Shown here piece by piece: positions 40,496-54,125 of a stretch of 64,000 nt of DNA (the stretch's first letter is position 1; each line of letters begins with the position of its first letter). A program made the position numbers and the translations under genes. Source of the stretch: Hyphococcus sp. (GTDB lineage Bacteria > Pseudomonadota > Alphaproteobacteria > Caulobacterales > Parvularculaceae); NCBI GenBank assembly GCA_028285645.1, contig JANQOV010000021.1:696-64695 (forward strand), read 5' to 3'. The notes beneath the pieces are model-generated. The model saw only the letters and a list, made by a program, of their open reading frames with translations. It made no database searches and was not told where the DNA came from.

Positions 40496-42018
40496 TGCAA
40501 TTATCGGTCTGGACATATGAAGGCCCGCCCCATGTTGGCGCAATGCGTGTCGCAACAGCAATGAAGGACGTTCACTACGTATTGCATGCGCCACAAGGCG
40601 ACACCTACGCCGATCTCTTGTTCACGATGATAGAACGGCGCAACGTTCGTCCGCCGGTCACCTATACGACGTTTGAAGCGCGCGATCTCGGCGCCGATAC
40701 AGCGGAAATTTTCAAACGCGCCGCAAAGGACGCATTTGATCGCTTCAAACCAAACGCAATGATTGTCGGCGCCTCTTGCACGGCCGAACTTATTCAGGAT
40801 GATCCCGGCGGACTTACAAAGGCGCTTGCACTGCCAATCCCCGTAGCGCCGCTGGAGCTTCCTTCCTACACGCGCAAGGAAAACTGGGGCGCAGCGGAGA
40901 CTTTCTATCAGCTTGTCCGCACGCTCGTTGATCGGGAAGCCGTCAAACTGTCTACTGCAAGCGGCCGCCCCTCTTGCAACATCATTGGCCCTACGGCGCT
41001 CGGGTTTCGGCATCGGGACGATGTAAAAGAAATTTCGGGCTTGCTTGAGAATATCGGCATCGATGTGAATGTGGTTGCACCGCTAAACGCTTGCGCCGCC
41101 GACATTGCGCGGCTCAGCGCAGCGGATTTTAATGTCGTTCTTTATCCGGAAATCGGCGATACGGCGGCGCGCTGGCTAGAACGCGAGTTCCATCAGCCAT
41201 TCACGAAAATCGTTCCCATCGGTGTGGGCGCAAGCCGCGATTTCATCAAGGAAGTTTGCGATCTCGCGGGCATTGAACACCCTGATATCGCAGACCTAGG
41301 CAATATGCCCTGGTGGTCGCGCTCCATAGATTCGACTTACCTCACCGGCAAACGCGTCTTTGTCTTTGGCGATGCAACGCACGCTGTCGCCGCCGCCCGC
41401 GTCGCGACTGAAGAACTTGGTTTCGAAGTTGTCGGCCTTGGCTGTTACAATCGCGAGTTTGCGCGCGATGTTCGAACCGCGGCAAAGCGCTATGACGTCG
41501 AACCTTTGATCACCGACGACTATCTTGCCGTCGAAGACGCTATCGCCAAAGCCCAGCCTGAGCTTGTTCTTGGCACGCAAATGGAGCGTCACATCGCAAA
41601 GCGCCTCGGCATTCCATGCGCCGTCATTTCAGCGCCGGTCCATGTGCAGGATTTTCCAGCGCGATATTCCCCGCAAATGGGTTTTGAAGGCGCGAATGTC
41701 CTATTCGATACATGGGTGCACCCGCTCGTCATGGGGCTCGAAGAACACCTTCTTCACATGTTCCGCAACGATTTTGAATTCAATGACGAGGCTGGCGCTT
41801 CTCATCTCGGAGGCCACGGGGCAGCCGCTCAGGAACCCTCGCCGGAAACTGACAACATCATCCGATGGGACCCAGCCGCCGAGAAAGAACTCAAAAAAAT
41901 ACCCTTTTTCGTGCGCGGCAAAGCGCGACGCAACACCGAGAGCTACGCCGCGGAACGGCAAATTCAGTTGATCTCTGTAGATACTTTATACGACGCAAAG
42001 GCGCATTATGGCCGCTAG
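40495..42018 (+). CDS. bchB: DPOR subunit B
   Basis: [28 protein letters not shown]. Confidence 0.96.
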
Positions 42019-45000
42019 GCCGAAGACCACTGAAGCGCCAACGGTTCGGGTGGCGCTGATTTCACTAGACGGGCATTTGTCCGGCGCCGTCGATCGCGCG
42101 CGCGCCTTGTTACGCAACGACTTACCCGGTCTCGAACTTTCATTTCATGCGGCCTCGGACTGGAGCCGTGATCCGACAACGCTCGAACGTTGCCAATCAG
42201 ATATCGCCAAAGCTGATTTCGTCATCGCCTCCATGCTGTTTATGGAAGATCACATCAAGGCTGTATTGCCGGCTTTGGAAGCGCGACGCGAAACTTGCGA
42301 CGCCATGATCGGTTGCTTATCCGCCGCCGATGTTGTGAAGCTTACGCGCCTTGACCGTTTTCGCATGGATAAACCGACGACAGGGCCTATCGCCTTGTTG
42401 AAACGGTTACGCGGATCGAAAGACAAAGCGAAAGCGGGCGCGCATCAGATCAAGATGCTACACCGCCTGCCAAAACTTCTAAAATTTATTCCGGGTACAG
42501 CGCAGGATGTGCGCGCTTATTTCCTGACGCTGCAATATTGGCTGGCAGGCTCTGACGAAAACATTGCGAACCTCATAAAATACCTCGTCGATCGGTATGC
42601 AAGCGGTCCACGCGAAGTATTGCGAGGCAAACTCAACCCCGAACCGCCCACAGAGTATCCGGAAGTCGGCGTTTATCATCCGCGGATGAAAGATCAGGTC
42701 TCGACCAGCGCTACGAAACTGCCGTTGGCGAAAAGTAAAAAACCTGCGGTCGGCTTGCTGATCATGCGATCTTACGTCCTGTCTGGCGATGCGGGTCATT
42801 ATGATGGAGTGATCGAGGCGCTGGAACAGCGCGGACTTCGCGTCATTCCCGCCTTTGCGAGCGGTCTTGATTCCCGTCCGGCCATTGAAATGTTTTTCAT
42901 GAAAGATGGGGCGCCAGTCATTGACGCTCTTGTTTCCCTGACGGGATTCTCTTTAGTCGGCGGTCCCGCTTATAACGACGCTGACGCCGCAGCGGACGTG
43001 CTCGCAAAACTCGACATTCCCTATCTTTCGGCGCAAGCGTTGGAATTCCAGTCGCTCGACGAGTGGCGCGAAAACGACCGCGGCTTAACGCCAGTTGAGG
43101 CGACCATGATGGTCGCCATACCTGAACTCGACGGCGCGACGGGCCCTGTCGTCTTTGGCGGACGCGCCGAGGTCGCAGATGATGGCAAGCGGATGCAGGC
43201 GGAGCCGGAGCGGGCGGACATGCTTGCGCGGCGGGTCGAGAAGTTGATCCGCTTGCGCAAAACAACGCCTTCGGATCGCAAACTTGCGATTTCGATCTTC
43301 AACTTCCCGCCAAACGGCGGCGGCGTCGGCACAGCGGCGCATCTTGCGGTGTTTGAGTCCCTACACAATACGCTAAAGGGCCTCGCCAGAGCGGGCTATG
43401 CCATTGAGCTGCCCAAAACGGCGGATGAACTGCGCAACGCAATACTCGGCGGCAATGCAGAACTTGCAGGAGCGGACGCGAATGTCTGCGCGCGTGTTGC
43501 GGTCGATGATTACATCCTCAACGAAAAGCGTCTTGCGGATATCGAAGCGCAATGGGGCCCGGCGCCAGGCAAGCACAATACAGACGGGCGATCGATCCAG
43601 ATTCTCGGCGCCCATTTCGGCAATGTGTTCATTGGCATGCAGCCAGCGTTTGGATATGAGGGCGATCCCATGCGGCTGCTCTTTGAAAAGGGTTTTGCGC
43701 CAACGCACGCCTTCGCCGCATTCTATCAATATGTCAAAAGAGACTTTGGCGCCGACGCAATCCTGCATTTCGGAACCCACGGCGCGCTCGAATTCATGCC
43801 CGGCAAGCATACAGGGCTTTCGGGCGCATGCTGGTCAGACTATTTGATCGGCGACTTGCCGAACTTTTATTTCTACGCAGCAAATAATCCATCCGAAGCA
43901 ACGATCGCCAAACGCCGCTCCGCCGCGACGACCATTAGTTACCTCACGCCGTCAGTCACCAATGCAGATCTTTATAAAGAACTTTCAGAACTGAAAGCGT
44001 TACTCGATCGATGGCGGTTATCCGAAGCGGATGCGGAGGAACGCGCCGAACTCGCTGAATTTATCCAGGCGCAAGCAGCGCAACTGGAACTTGCCGCCGC
44101 CGAGCCTCTATGGACCGCCGACAGCGACAATGAAATTGACACCTTGCGGGCGAAACTCATCGAGGTCGAAACCTCGCTCATTCCAAGTGGTCTCCATGTC
44201 GCCGGTAGCGTCTTGAGCGAAGCAGAACGCACAGAGATACTGACCGCTCTGCCGATTGCCCAAGATGCAGCCCTTGCATCCAACAGTATCGAAGCAATCA
44301 CCGCAGGCGCTTCGCCAAAAGAAGCGGCGCTTAAAACCGGCGCAAGAGAGAAACTCGACGCGCTAACGCAGCTGGCCGATATCAATCGCGAGCTCACTAA
44401 AGATGCGGAGATACCGAGCCTCGTTCACGCGCTGGGCGGCGGCTTTGTAAAGCCTGTCGCCGGCGGCGATTTGATCCGCGACCCCGGTGTGTTGCCGACA
44501 GGTCGCAATATTCACGGTTTCGATCCATTCCGCTTGCCCAGCCCCTTTGCGGTCTCTGATGGCGCTCGTCAAGCGGATCGGTTGCTGGCGCGGCACAAAG
44601 CAGAAAGCGGCGCTTTTCCAGAAACCGTAGCGATAGTTCTTTGGGGCACAGATAATCTAAAAAGCGAAGGCGCACAGCTGGCGCAAGCGCTAGCGCTGAT
44701 TGGCGCAAAACCGCGCTTTGACAGTTATGGCCGTCTCGCCGGCGCTGATCTCATCTCACTTGAAGAGCTTGGCCGGCCGCGCATAGACGTCATCGCCACG
44801 TTGTCCGGCATTTTTCGCGATCTATTGCCATTGCAAACGCGCATGTTGGCGGAAGCGGCTTTCGCTGCAGCACAGGCGGACGAACCGCTGGAGCAGAATT
44901 TCATGCGCAAACATGCGCTCGCTTATCAGGAACAACATGGCTGCGACTTAGAAACTGCTGCTTTGCGCGTCTTCTCAAATGCAGACGGCGCCTATGGTTC

Positions 45001-45694
45001 GAACGTCAATCAACTCGTAGAGGCGGGCTGCTGGAATGACGAAGACGAACTGGCCGACGCTTATGCAACACGCAAATGCTTTGCTTACGGCGTTAACGGC
45101 GCGCCAGCACAGCAGTCGGCATTGCTCGACAGCATCCTGCAGGACGTAGACTTAGCATATCAAAACCTTGAGTCGGTAGAGCTCGGTCTTACCTCCATCG
45201 ATCACTATTTTGACACGCTCGGTGGCATCGGGCGCGCTGTTAAACGCGCTCGCGGCGCGGATGCTCCTGTCTATATCGGCGACCAGACCCGCGGCGGCGG
45301 CGTTGTGCGCACCCTGTCTGAGCAGGTTGCGCTTGAGGCGCGCACGCGCACGCTTAACCCCAAATGGTATGAGGGCATGTTGCGCCACGGCTATGAGGGC
45401 GTCCGCCAGATCGAAGCGCATGTGACAAACACCATGGGGTGGTCGGCGACAACAGGCCAAGTCGATCCTTGGATTTATAAGCGCATCACTGAAACATTTG
45501 TTCTTGATACAGAGCTTCGTAACAGGCTGGCTGATCTTAATCCCAAATCCTGCGCCAAAGTCGCAAACCGGCTCCTGGAGGCTTCAGAGCGTAACTATTG
45601 GGCGCCGGATGACGAAACGCTCGAAGCGTTGAGGGAGGCCGGCGAAGAACTCGAAGACCGTATTGAAGGCGTCACTACAAGCGCAGTGGCGTAA
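42008..45694 (+). CDS. bchH: Magnesium chelatase subunit H
   Basis: [34 protein letters not shown]. Confidence 0.96.
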   Translation: MAARPKTTEAPTVRVALISLDGHLSGAVDRARALLRNDLPGLELSFHAASDWSRDPTTLERCQSDIAKADFVIASMLFMEDHIKAVLPALEARRETCDAMIGCLSAADVVKLTRLDRFRMDKPTTGPIALLKRLRGSKDKAKAGAHQIKMLHRLPKLLKFIPGTAQDVRAYFLTLQYWLAGSDENIANLIKYLVDRYASGPREVLRGKLNPEPPTEYPEVGVYHPRMKDQVSTSATKLPLAKSKKPAVGLLIMRSYVLSGDAGHYDGVIEALEQRGLRVIPAFASGLDSRPAIEMFFMKDGAPVIDALVSLTGFSLVGGPAYNDADAAADVLAKLDIPYLSAQALEFQSLDEWRENDRGLTPVEATMMVAIPELDGATGPVVFGGRAEVADDGKRMQAEPERADMLARRVEKLIRLRKTTPSDRKLAISIFNFPPNGGGVGTAAHLAVFESLHNTLKGLARAGYAIELPKTADELRNAILGGNAELAGADANVCARVAVDDYILNEKRLADIEAQWGPAPGKHNTDGRSIQILGAHFGNVFIGMQPAFGYEGDPMRLLFEKGFAPTHAFAAFYQYVKRDFGADAILHFGTHGALEFMPGKHTGLSGACWSDYLIGDLPNFYFYAANNPSEATIAKRRSAATTISYLTPSVTNADLYKELSELKALLDRWRLSEADAEERAELAEFIQAQAAQLELAAAEPLWTADSDNEIDTLRAKLIEVETSLIPSGLHVAGSVLSEAERTEILTALPIAQDAALASNSIEAITAGASPKEAALKTGAREKLDALTQLADINRELTKDAEIPSLVHALGGGFVKPVAGGDLIRDPGVLPTGRNIHGFDPFRLPSPFAVSDGARQADRLLARHKAESGAFPETVAIVLWGTDNLKSEGAQLAQALALIGAKPRFDSYGRLAGADLISLEELGRPRIDVIATLSGIFRDLLPLQTRMLAEAAFAAAQADEPLEQNFMRKHALAYQEQHGCDLETAALRVFSNADGAYGSNVNQLVEAGCWNDEDELADAYATRKCFAYGVNGAPAQQSALLDSILQDVDLAYQNLESVELGLTSIDHYFDTLGGIGRAVKRARGADAPVYIGDQTRGGGVVRTLSEQVALEARTRTLNPKWYEGMLRHGYEGVRQIEAHVTNTMGWSATTGQVDPWIYKRITETFVLDTELRNRLADLNPKSCAKVANRLLEASERNYWAPDDETLEALREAGEELEDRIEGVTTSAVA

Positions 45695-45710
45695 CGAATT
45701 GGAGAATTGA

Positions 45711-46616
<906 letters not shown>

Positions 46617-46619
46617 TCG

Positions 46620-47321
46620 ATGAACTCTGCAACGTATATTGAGAGAAGAGGCGAACTCGAAACCTATTTCGATCGCACCGCTGCTAACGCTTGGGCGAAA
46701 CTCATGTCGGATGCGCCAGTGAGCGGCGTGCGCGCAACAGTGCGGGCCGGCCGCGACGCCATGCGCGCGACGTTGCTTGGCTGGTTGCCGGATGACTTAA
46801 GCGGACGGCGCATTCTGGACGCCGGTTGCGGGGCGGGACAATTGTCCATTGAAGCTGCAAAACGCGGCGCCGATGTTGTCGCCGTCGATCTTTCAACAAC
46901 GCTGCTTAAACTCGCACGCGAACGCTATTGCGGTAAGGACTATCGCGGCTCAATCGAATTCAAAGCCGGCGACATGTTCAATCCTGAGCTCGGCCGGTTT
47001 GACCATGTTGTCGCGATGGATTCTCTCATTCATTACAATGCACACGATATCGTTCGCGTGATCGAAGGGTTCGCAGCGCGCACGTCGCAGTCGATACTGT
47101 TCACATTTGCTCCGAAAACGCCATTGCTGGCCGCAATGCACGGCGTTGGGAAATTTTTTCCGAAAGGCGATCGCGCGCCGGCCATACAGCCTGTCGCCGA
47201 AAACCGCCTTCGCGCTCGTGTCAGCGACACCCTCCGACTAAATGGGTGGCGGATCGCACAAAGCAGGCGGGTCAAATCTGGTTTTTACATCTCGAACGCG
47301 ATGGAGCTTGCGGCCGAATGA
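46620..47321 (+). CDS. bchM: Mg-protoporphyrin IX methyltransferase
   Basis: TYFDRTA, LDAGCG, MDSLIHY. Confidence 0.95.
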   Translation: MNSATYIERRGELETYFDRTAANAWAKLMSDAPVSGVRATVRAGRDAMRATLLGWLPDDLSGRRILDAGCGAGQLSIEAAKRGADVVAVDLSTTLLKLARERYCGKDYRGSIEFKAGDMFNPELGRFDHVVAMDSLIHYNAHDIVRVIEGFAARTSQSILFTFAPKTPLLAAMHGVGKFFPKGDRAPAIQPVAENRLRARVSDTLRLNGWRIAQSRRVKSGFYISNAMELAAE

Positions 47322-48763
47322 CCGAATTTCGCGCAGATAAACCCAAATGGGCGGACCTTTGGACAGAGGTCGGAACAAAGTTCCTGCCATTCGCCGATGC
47401 GGCGAGTGAGACGCTGCCATTGGGGCGTCTCTTACGGCTTTCGCTGTTCCAGATTTCGGTCGGCATGGCGTTAACGCTCCTTACTGGAACCATCAATCGC
47501 GTCATGATTGTCGAACTTGGCGTTTTTGCCTGGCTGGTGGCGTTGATGGTTTCATTACCCCTGGTCTTTGCGCCATTCCGCGCGCTCATCGGCCACAAGT
47601 CAGACACCCACCGCTCGCTGCTTGGGTGGCGGCGCGGACCATATATCTGGTTCGGATCGCTCTTACAGTTTGGCGGGCTCGCCATCATGCCCTTTGCATT
47701 GCTCATTCTTTCTGGAGACGCCGTCAACGGCCCCGTGTGGGTTGGTCAGGCGGGCGCGGCACTTGCCTTTCTTTTAGTCGGCGCCGGACTTCATGCCACG
47801 CAAACAGCAGGACTTGCCCTTGCAACCGATATTGCGCCGGAGAAGACGCAGCCACGTGTCGTTGCACTTTTATATGTCATGCTTCTCGTCGGCATGGGCG
47901 CCAGCGCGCTTGTGTTCGGTGTTTTGCTCAGCGAATTCACGCAGTTGAAACTGATTAAAGTGATCCAAGGCGCCGCCGTTGTCACAATGGCCCTGAATAT
48001 GATCGCTCTTTGGAAACAGGAAACGCGCAATCCAGCGCTGACCGATCCAAAATCCCCGCGCCCACGGTTTAAAGACTCCTGGGGCCGACTGGTCGCAGAC
48101 CCGCGCGCAAAACGGCTGCTCGTCGCCGTCGGCCTCGGCGCTGCAGCGTTTTCTATGCAGGACGTGCTCCTTGAACCTTACGGCGGTGAGATATTGAATT
48201 TATCAGTCAGTGCAACGACGCTGCTTACTGCAATCTTCGCCGCGGGAACATTAGCTGGATTTGCATTTGCAACGCGTCGCCTAATGCGTGGCGGTGAGCC
48301 GCATCGCTTGGCCGGCGTTGGCGCCCTTATCGGTATTTTCGCTTTTTCCGCGGTTATCTTCGCCGAGCCGTTAGGCTCTGCATCGCTCTTCCGTATCGGA
48401 ACCGCTTTAATTGGGTTTGGCGGCGGGCTTTTTTCCGTCTGTACACTAACTTCCGTAATGGCTCTGGCGAAGCACAGCGATAGTGGAATAGCGCTTGGCG
48501 CCTGGGGCGCTGTTCAAGCGACCGCCGCTGGCGTAGCCATCGCGCTTGGCGGGGCGTTGCGCGATGTGGTTGGCGCACTGGCTGCTGACGGCGCGCTTGG
48601 GCCGGCGCTGACAAACCCTGCGATAGGCTACAGCGCAGTTTATCATCTAGAGATTTTGTTGTTGTTTGCAACACTGGCCACAATCGGCCCGTTGGCGCGT
48701 TACGCGCCAGTGGCGCAATCACGGCCGAAGGATAAGTTTGGTCTGCCTGCGTTCCCCGGCTGA
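47318..48763 (+). CDS. lhaA: LH1 assembly protein (PucC family)
   Basis: LPFADAA, LRLSLFQ, GAWGAVQA; between bchM and puhA. Confidence 0.92.
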   Translation: MTEFRADKPKWADLWTEVGTKFLPFADAASETLPLGRLLRLSLFQISVGMALTLLTGTINRVMIVELGVFAWLVALMVSLPLVFAPFRALIGHKSDTHRSLLGWRRGPYIWFGSLLQFGGLAIMPFALLILSGDAVNGPVWVGQAGAALAFLLVGAGLHATQTAGLALATDIAPEKTQPRVVALLYVMLLVGMGASALVFGVLLSEFTQLKLIKVIQGAAVVTMALNMIALWKQETRNPALTDPKSPRPRFKDSWGRLVADPRAKRLLVAVGLGAAAFSMQDVLLEPYGGEILNLSVSATTLLTAIFAAGTLAGFAFATRRLMRGGEPHRLAGVGALIGIFAFSAVIFAEPLGSASLFRIGTALIGFGGGLFSVCTLTSVMALAKHSDSGIALGAWGAVQATAAGVAIALGGALRDVVGALAADGALGPALTNPAIGYSAVYHLEILLLFATLATIGPLARYAPVAQSRPKDKFGLPAFPG

Positions 48764-48782
48764 CCCTAGCCAAAGGAGAGAA

Positions 48783-49568
48783 ATGATGATTTTTGGCGGT
48801 GAATTTGTGAGCGGTATTGATATGGTCGATATATCCTTATGGGCGTTCACACTATTTTTCTTTGGACTGATATTTTATCTTCGGCGCGAAGACCGGCGGG
48901 AAGGCTATCCCCTCGAACGCGATACGGATGGAAAACTAGAAGATGAGGGCGTCTTTTGGTACGCACCGAAAAAAACATTCATCTTGCCACATAACCGCGG
49001 AACAGTGACCGTCCCTCACGGCAAACGCGATACGCGCCAACACGCGATGGCGCGCACCGCCGTTTGGCCGGGGGCGCCCTATCAGCCCACGGGCGATCCC
49101 ATGCGTGACGGGGTTGGTCCCGCATCCTATGCAGAGCGCGATGACGTCGCTGATCTGACCGATGACGGAAGAACTCGAATCGCGCCCCTTCGGGTCGACG
49201 GACATATATATGTCGCGGAATCCAGCCCAAATCCTGTTGGCATGACCGTATATGGCGGCGACAATGCTCCCTCTGGCAAAGTTGTCGATGTGTGGGTTGA
49301 TCGATCAGAAGCAATTATCCGCTACCTTGAAGTGAACATTGGCGCTGGGGAGACGCCAAACAACGTTCTCTTGCCGATGCCATTTGCGAAAATCGATAAG
49401 CGCCGCAATCGTGTCGACGTTGATGCTATTTTCGCCCACCATTTCGCCGGCGTTCCAAAAACGAAATCGCCGGACACTGTCACGCGCCTCGAGGAAGATA
49501 TGATCGCCGGTTATTATGCGGGCGGCAAACTCTATGCAACGCCCGCGCGCACGGAGAGCCTCGCATGA
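48783..49568 (+). CDS. puhA: Reaction centre H subunit
   Basis: YLRREDRREGYP, PTGDPM.DGVGPA, TRLEED. Confidence 0.95.
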   Translation: MMIFGGEFVSGIDMVDISLWAFTLFFFGLIFYLRREDRREGYPLERDTDGKLEDEGVFWYAPKKTFILPHNRGTVTVPHGKRDTRQHAMARTAVWPGAPYQPTGDPMRDGVGPASYAERDDVADLTDDGRTRIAPLRVDGHIYVAESSPNPVGMTVYGGDNAPSGKVVDVWVDRSEAIIRYLEVNIGAGETPNNVLLPMPFAKIDKRRNRVDVDAIFAHHFAGVPKTKSPDTVTRLEEDMIAGYYAGGKLYATPARTESLA

Positions 49569-50245
49569 AGGCGCTCTTTCACGACGAAGAGGATGGCAAT
49601 TCGGAACCAATTCCTGGTTTGCCTGAAGAGCTGCCGCAAGGCGAAGAAATTATGTGGCAGGGCAAGCCGAACGGCTTAACACTCACAATTCAAGCGCTAC
49701 GCATCCGACTAGTATTTGCCTATTTCGCGCTTTTCACCCTTTGGCGCATTGCTGCGATCGCAGCGCGCGACGGTGCGACATCAGAAATGGCAGGTGTCGC
49801 AACATCGTCAATGCTTGGTGTCATTGCTGCTGGCGGGTTGCTCTTTATTCTCGGCTGGCTGATGGCGCGCTCAACAATTTATACAATCACAAACAGACGA
49901 ATTGTCTTTCGATATGGCGTCGCCATTCGCAAATACGTCAATATTCCGTTCACGGCAATTAAAACAGCCGGACTAAAGCATCACGGCAGAGATCGCGGGT
50001 CGATCGCATTGTCAACAACCAACAAATCAAAAATTGCCTATCTGCATTTGTGGCCGCATGCACGGCCTTGGCGCTTTTCGGCACCGCAGCCAATGCTGCG
50101 CGCGATCGCGAACGCCGATCAGGTTGCGGCGACGCTCTGCAGCGCCATGAAGAACAACGCACCCTCGAACGTCAACATAACGCTGGAAGCGCCGACGACT
50201 GATGTTGCAGCGCCTATTCACGGTAAGGCGACGGCGCCAGCATAG
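49565..50245 (+). CDS. puhB: Photosynthetic complex assembly protein PuhB
   Basis: EPIPGLPE.LP.GE.I.WQG.P, YTITNRR, LWPHARPW. Confidence 0.92.
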   Translation: MKALFHDEEDGNSEPIPGLPEELPQGEEIMWQGKPNGLTLTIQALRIRLVFAYFALFTLWRIAAIAARDGATSEMAGVATSSMLGVIAAGGLLFILGWLMARSTIYTITNRRIVFRYGVAIRKYVNIPFTAIKTAGLKHHGRDRGSIALSTTNKSKIAYLHLWPHARPWRFSAPQPMLRAIANADQVAATLCSAMKNNAPSNVNITLEAPTTDVAAPIHGKATAPA

Positions 50246-50261
50246 GAGATTGATTGCACCC

Positions 50262-50714
50262 ATGCCTCATCAGCCCGAAAGAATACCGTTACCCCTTCTC
50301 TTTGGGGCCGCCGCTATGGTGAGTTTATCCGTCGTCGGCGTCGGCGTTTCACAACTTACTGATATCGGCCGGCAACTCGAACCGGAGCAACACATAGTCG
50401 CAAGCGCGAAGGTTGTATTTGCTGACGAATCTGATGGCGGCGTTGGTGTCTATGAATTTGAAAGCGGGCAGACGATCACAATCTTCCCACCGGAGACGGG
50501 TGGCTTTGTGCGCACTGCCATGCGCGCTGTCGCTCACGAGCGAAAAGTCAGTGGCGGCAGCGCCGACGCTCCATTTGAAATCGCCCGAACTGAAAAAGGT
50601 AGGTTGCTGCTTACCGACACGGTTACCGGCAAAACCATCGGCCTTGAGGCTTTTGGCGACATCAATGCCGGAGATTTTGCGCAGCTTCTTGGAAATGAGG
50701 ATGGAGACGCATGA
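50262..50714 (+). CDS. puhC: Photosynthetic complex assembly protein PuhC
   Basis: N-terminal TM helix, GF.R..MR....ER, L.D..TG..I.L.AFG..N. Confidence 0.88.
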   Translation: MPHQPERIPLPLLFGAAAMVSLSVVGVGVSQLTDIGRQLEPEQHIVASAKVVFADESDGGVGVYEFESGQTITIFPPETGGFVRTAMRAVAHERKVSGGSADAPFEIARTEKGRLLLTDTVTGKTIGLEAFGDINAGDFAQLLGNEDGDA

Positions 50715-51013
50715 ATAACGCAATTGCCTCGACAAAACGACGCTTCACCATACCATGCACGATTACAGTCAAGCATACTAACGAAACGCTCGAAGCCCAT
50801 GTGGAACTTGACGGAAACGTTCAACCCACACTCGGCGATCGAATAATAGTGCATGGGCAGTCTGTAACTGTGCCATTCGGCGAGTGTATCACATTGCACC
50901 GCAAGGCAACCGTTATGCGCGCCAATCTAATGGAGAAGCTTTGGCTTCGCCTTAAATCCCAATTTGAATTAACCGAGCTCTATGAAGTGAGCTTTTCTCC
51001 AGGGAGGATATAG
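50711..51013 (+). CDS. Photosynthesis-cluster hypothetical protein
   Basis: PCT..V.H..E.L.AHVELD, ELYEVSF; coupled to puhC and acsF. Confidence 0.8.
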   Translation: MNNAIASTKRRFTIPCTITVKHTNETLEAHVELDGNVQPTLGDRIIVHGQSVTVPFGECITLHRKATVMRANLMEKLWLRLKSQFELTELYEVSFSPGRI

Positions 51014-52083
51014 TGCCAGAAACACTTGAAGAACTCGCCGCATCGAACAAATTCGACACGAACAAAGCCGCCACAACTGAAACAGTTTTAAGTCCCCGGT
51101 TTTATACAACCGATTTTGAAGCAATGGACAAAATCGATGTAACGCCCGTTCGCAAGGAGTGGGACAAACTGATCAAAGAACTCGAAACTGATTACAACAA
51201 AAGCCATTTCAAGCGCACCGATGAATTCGATAATATGCTGGAAAAACTGCCGCCGGATTTGCAGCGCGAATTCGTTGACTTTCTTGTGAGCTCTCTAACG
51301 GCTGAATTTTCTGGGTGCGTGCTGTACGCTGAAATCGTCAAACAGGTCAAGAACCCTGACATCAAAGCGCTTTTTAAGTATATGAGCCGAGACGAAGCGC
51401 GTCATGCAGGGTTTATCAATCATGTATTGAAAGATTTCGGTATCGGCATTGATCTTGGTTTTTTGACTAAGACAAAGAAGTACCATTTCTTCAAACCGAA
51501 ATTCATTTTCTATAGCGTCTATTTGTCCGAAAAGATCGGTTACGCTCGCTACATCACAATTTTCCGTCAGCTGGAACGCCATCCGGAACGACGCTTTCAC
51601 CCCATTTTCAAATGGTTTGAAGAATGGTGTAATGACGAGTTCCGTCATGGCGAAGCATTCGCGCTTCTGATGCGCACTGATCCGAAACTATTGACCGGGG
51701 CGAACAAACTGTGGATCAGGTTCTTCCTGCTCGCTGTCTTCGCGACCATGTATATTCGCGACCACCGCAGACCAGCGTTTCACAAAGCGCTGGGACTTGA
51801 TCCAACAGAATATGACAAACGCGTTTTCCGCCTGACGACCGAGATCTCGCGTCAGGTCTTCCCGGTTGAACTCGATCTCAACAACCCGAATTTCTACAAG
51901 GTACTTGAAAATTTGCGAACCGCTGCTGACGCCTTAGAGGACTTGAAAGGTAAGGGCCCAGGAGCGTTGCTCGGTCGAGCAAGGTACGGACTTTCGGTTG
52001 GAAGCGCTTTCATTCGCCTGTTTTTCATGAAACCGAAGGCAAATACGCCGCCGCTCACAACACGGCTAGAACCAGTCTGGTAG
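51013..52083 (+). CDS. acsF: Aerobic Mg-protoporphyrin IX monomethyl ester cyclase
   Basis: [31 protein letters not shown] diiron motifs. Confidence 0.96.
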   Translation: MPETLEELAASNKFDTNKAATTETVLSPRFYTTDFEAMDKIDVTPVRKEWDKLIKELETDYNKSHFKRTDEFDNMLEKLPPDLQREFVDFLVSSLTAEFSGCVLYAEIVKQVKNPDIKALFKYMSRDEARHAGFINHVLKDFGIGIDLGFLTKTKKYHFFKPKFIFYSVYLSEKIGYARYITIFRQLERHPERRFHPIFKWFEEWCNDEFRHGEAFALLMRTDPKLLTGANKLWIRFFLLAVFATMYIRDHRRPAFHKALGLDPTEYDKRVFRLTTEISRQVFPVELDLNNPNFYKVLENLRTAADALEDLKGKGPGALLGRARYGLSVGSAFIRLFFMKPKANTPPLTTRLEPVW

Positions 52084-52091
52084 AGCGCTCG

Positions 52092-52904
52092 ATGATCGAA
52101 ATCCTTCAGCCAGTTCTTTTCGCCGTATTGCTCTGGTGGTTCAGCACCGGCGTTATTCTCTGGCTGATCGGCCTTCCTAAACGCACGTTCAAATGGACGG
52201 CGTTGGGCGCCACGGGCCTGCTTGCTGGCGCGACCATCGCACTGCTTTTGCTGCGCGACCAGACGAGCGCTTTTGCGGCCTATGCCGGCTTTGCAACCGG
52301 TGTGGTGCTGTGGGCATGGCATGAAGTGATGTTTCTCTTGGGCTATATAAGCGGGCCGCGCAAAAGCCCCTGCCCACCCGGCCTTGCAACCTGGCCGCGT
52401 TTTGTCGCCTCGACTAAGACAGTGATCCACCACGAACTTGTGATCGCCATTCATGCGGTCATGATACTGATCATAAGCTGGGGCGCTGTGAATCAGATCG
52501 CTGCGTGGACGTTCTTCCTATTGTGGGGCATGCGGATCAGCGCAAAGCTGATTGTATTTTTTGGCGCGCCAAATATCGCAGACGACTTTCTTCCGTCGCA
52601 TCTTAGCTATCTGAAGAGTTATTTTCAAAAGCGGGCGATATCGACATTTGCGCCAATCGCGATCACCCTTGCCACTTCCGCCGCCGCGATGATCTTATAT
52701 CAAGCGGCGAATACGCCCTTGAATGCTTTTCCATCCGCGGGCCTTATCATGATTGCGACCCTGGCAGGGCTCGCCGTCATCGAGCACTGGGCGCTTGTGC
52801 TGCCCCTTCCTGGTTTTCAAGCTGATGCAGCGCTCTGGAAGTGGGCGATGCGCTCACCTCAATCTAATCCAACAAAACCCGTTTCATCCGAATGGAGACG
52901 ATAA
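52092..52904 (+). CDS. puhE: Photosynthetic complex assembly protein PuhE
   Basis: WWFSTG, WHE..FL.G...GP, MRISAKL, EHW..VLP. Confidence 0.92.
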   Translation: MIEILQPVLFAVLLWWFSTGVILWLIGLPKRTFKWTALGATGLLAGATIALLLLRDQTSAFAAYAGFATGVVLWAWHEVMFLLGYISGPRKSPCPPGLATWPRFVASTKTVIHHELVIAIHAVMILIISWGAVNQIAAWTFFLLWGMRISAKLIVFFGAPNIADDFLPSHLSYLKSYFQKRAISTFAPIAITLATSAAAMILYQAANTPLNAFPSAGLIMIATLAGLAVIEHWALVLPLPGFQADAALWKWAMRSPQSNPTKPVSSEWRR

Positions 52905-54118
52905 TGAATTACGAAAATTTCTTCCGCCAAGAGCTCGACGGCCTGCGCGATGAGGGAAACTATCGCGTCTTCGCCGATATAGAACGAAAGGCTGGCGCCT
53001 TTCCGTCGGCAACCAATCATGGCGAACTTGGTCCCGATAAGGTTACAGTCTGGTGTTCAAACGATTATCTCGGCATGGGGCAACACCCAAAAGTCACCGC
53101 AGCCATGCACGAAGCGATCGAAAAATGCGGCGCGGGCGCCGGCGGCACTCGCAATATTTCAGGAACCAACCACTATCACGTATTGTTAGAGCGCGAGCTT
53201 GCCGATCTCCACGGAAAGGAATCAGCGCTGATCTTCACATCCGGCTACGTATCTAACTGGGCGGCGCTGGGCACCCTCGCCTCGCGTATTCCAAATTGTA
53301 TCGTTTACTCGGATAGCCTCAATCATGCTTCGATGATCGAAGGCATTCGCCACTCAAAAGCGGAAAAGCGCATCTTCAAACATAACGACCCTGCGGATCT
53401 CGAACGCCTTATTCTTCAGGATGATCCCGCCGCGCCGAAACTCATCGCTTTTGAATCTGTCTACTCGATGGATGGCGATATCGCTCCCATTGCCGAGTTT
53501 TGTGATGTTGCGGACAAGTATAACGCAATGACCTATTTGGACGAAGTGCACGCCGTTGGCCTTTACGGCGCACGCGGCGGCGGCATCGCCGAGCGCGAAG
53601 GCTTGATGGATCGTTTGACCGTTATCGAAGGCACGCTCGGCAAAGCCTTCGGCGTGCTTGGCGGTTACATCGCAGCATCAACCGCGCTCTGCGATTTTAT
53701 TCGCAGTTTTGCGTCAGGCTTTATCTTTACAACTGCGCTGCCGCCAGCCGTCGCTGCCGGCGCGCGTGCTTCCATACAACATCTAAAAGAAAGCAACCAG
53801 GAGCGCCTTGTGCAACGCGATCGCGTTGCAAAAGTTCGCCGAAAACTTGCCGCCATCGGGATTCCAACGCTCGATAACCCAAGTCATATCGTGCCGGTGA
53901 TGGTGGGCGATCCTGTCAAATGCAAGTGGATTTCCGATTGGCTAATGGCGAACCATGGCATCTACGTTCAGCCCATCAATTACCCGACAGTTCCAAAGGG
54001 TACTGAGCGTTTGCGGATCACACCGTCACCGGTTCATTCTGACATTGACATAGAGCGACTTGTTTCAGCACTTTCAGAAATCTGGTCGCAATGCGCCCTG
54101 GCGAGGCAGGTCGCTTAA
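52904..54118 (+). CDS. hemA: 5-aminolevulinate synthase
   Basis: [30 protein letters not shown]. Confidence 0.96.
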   Translation: MNYENFFRQELDGLRDEGNYRVFADIERKAGAFPSATNHGELGPDKVTVWCSNDYLGMGQHPKVTAAMHEAIEKCGAGAGGTRNISGTNHYHVLLERELADLHGKESALIFTSGYVSNWAALGTLASRIPNCIVYSDSLNHASMIEGIRHSKAEKRIFKHNDPADLERLILQDDPAAPKLIAFESVYSMDGDIAPIAEFCDVADKYNAMTYLDEVHAVGLYGARGGGIAEREGLMDRLTVIEGTLGKAFGVLGGYIAASTALCDFIRSFASGFIFTTALPPAVAAGARASIQHLKESNQERLVQRDRVAKVRRKLAAIGIPTLDNPSHIVPVMVGDPVKCKWISDWLMANHGIYVQPINYPTVPKGTERLRITPSPVHSDIDIERLVSALSEIWSQCALARQVA

Positions 54119-54125
54119 AGCGGCG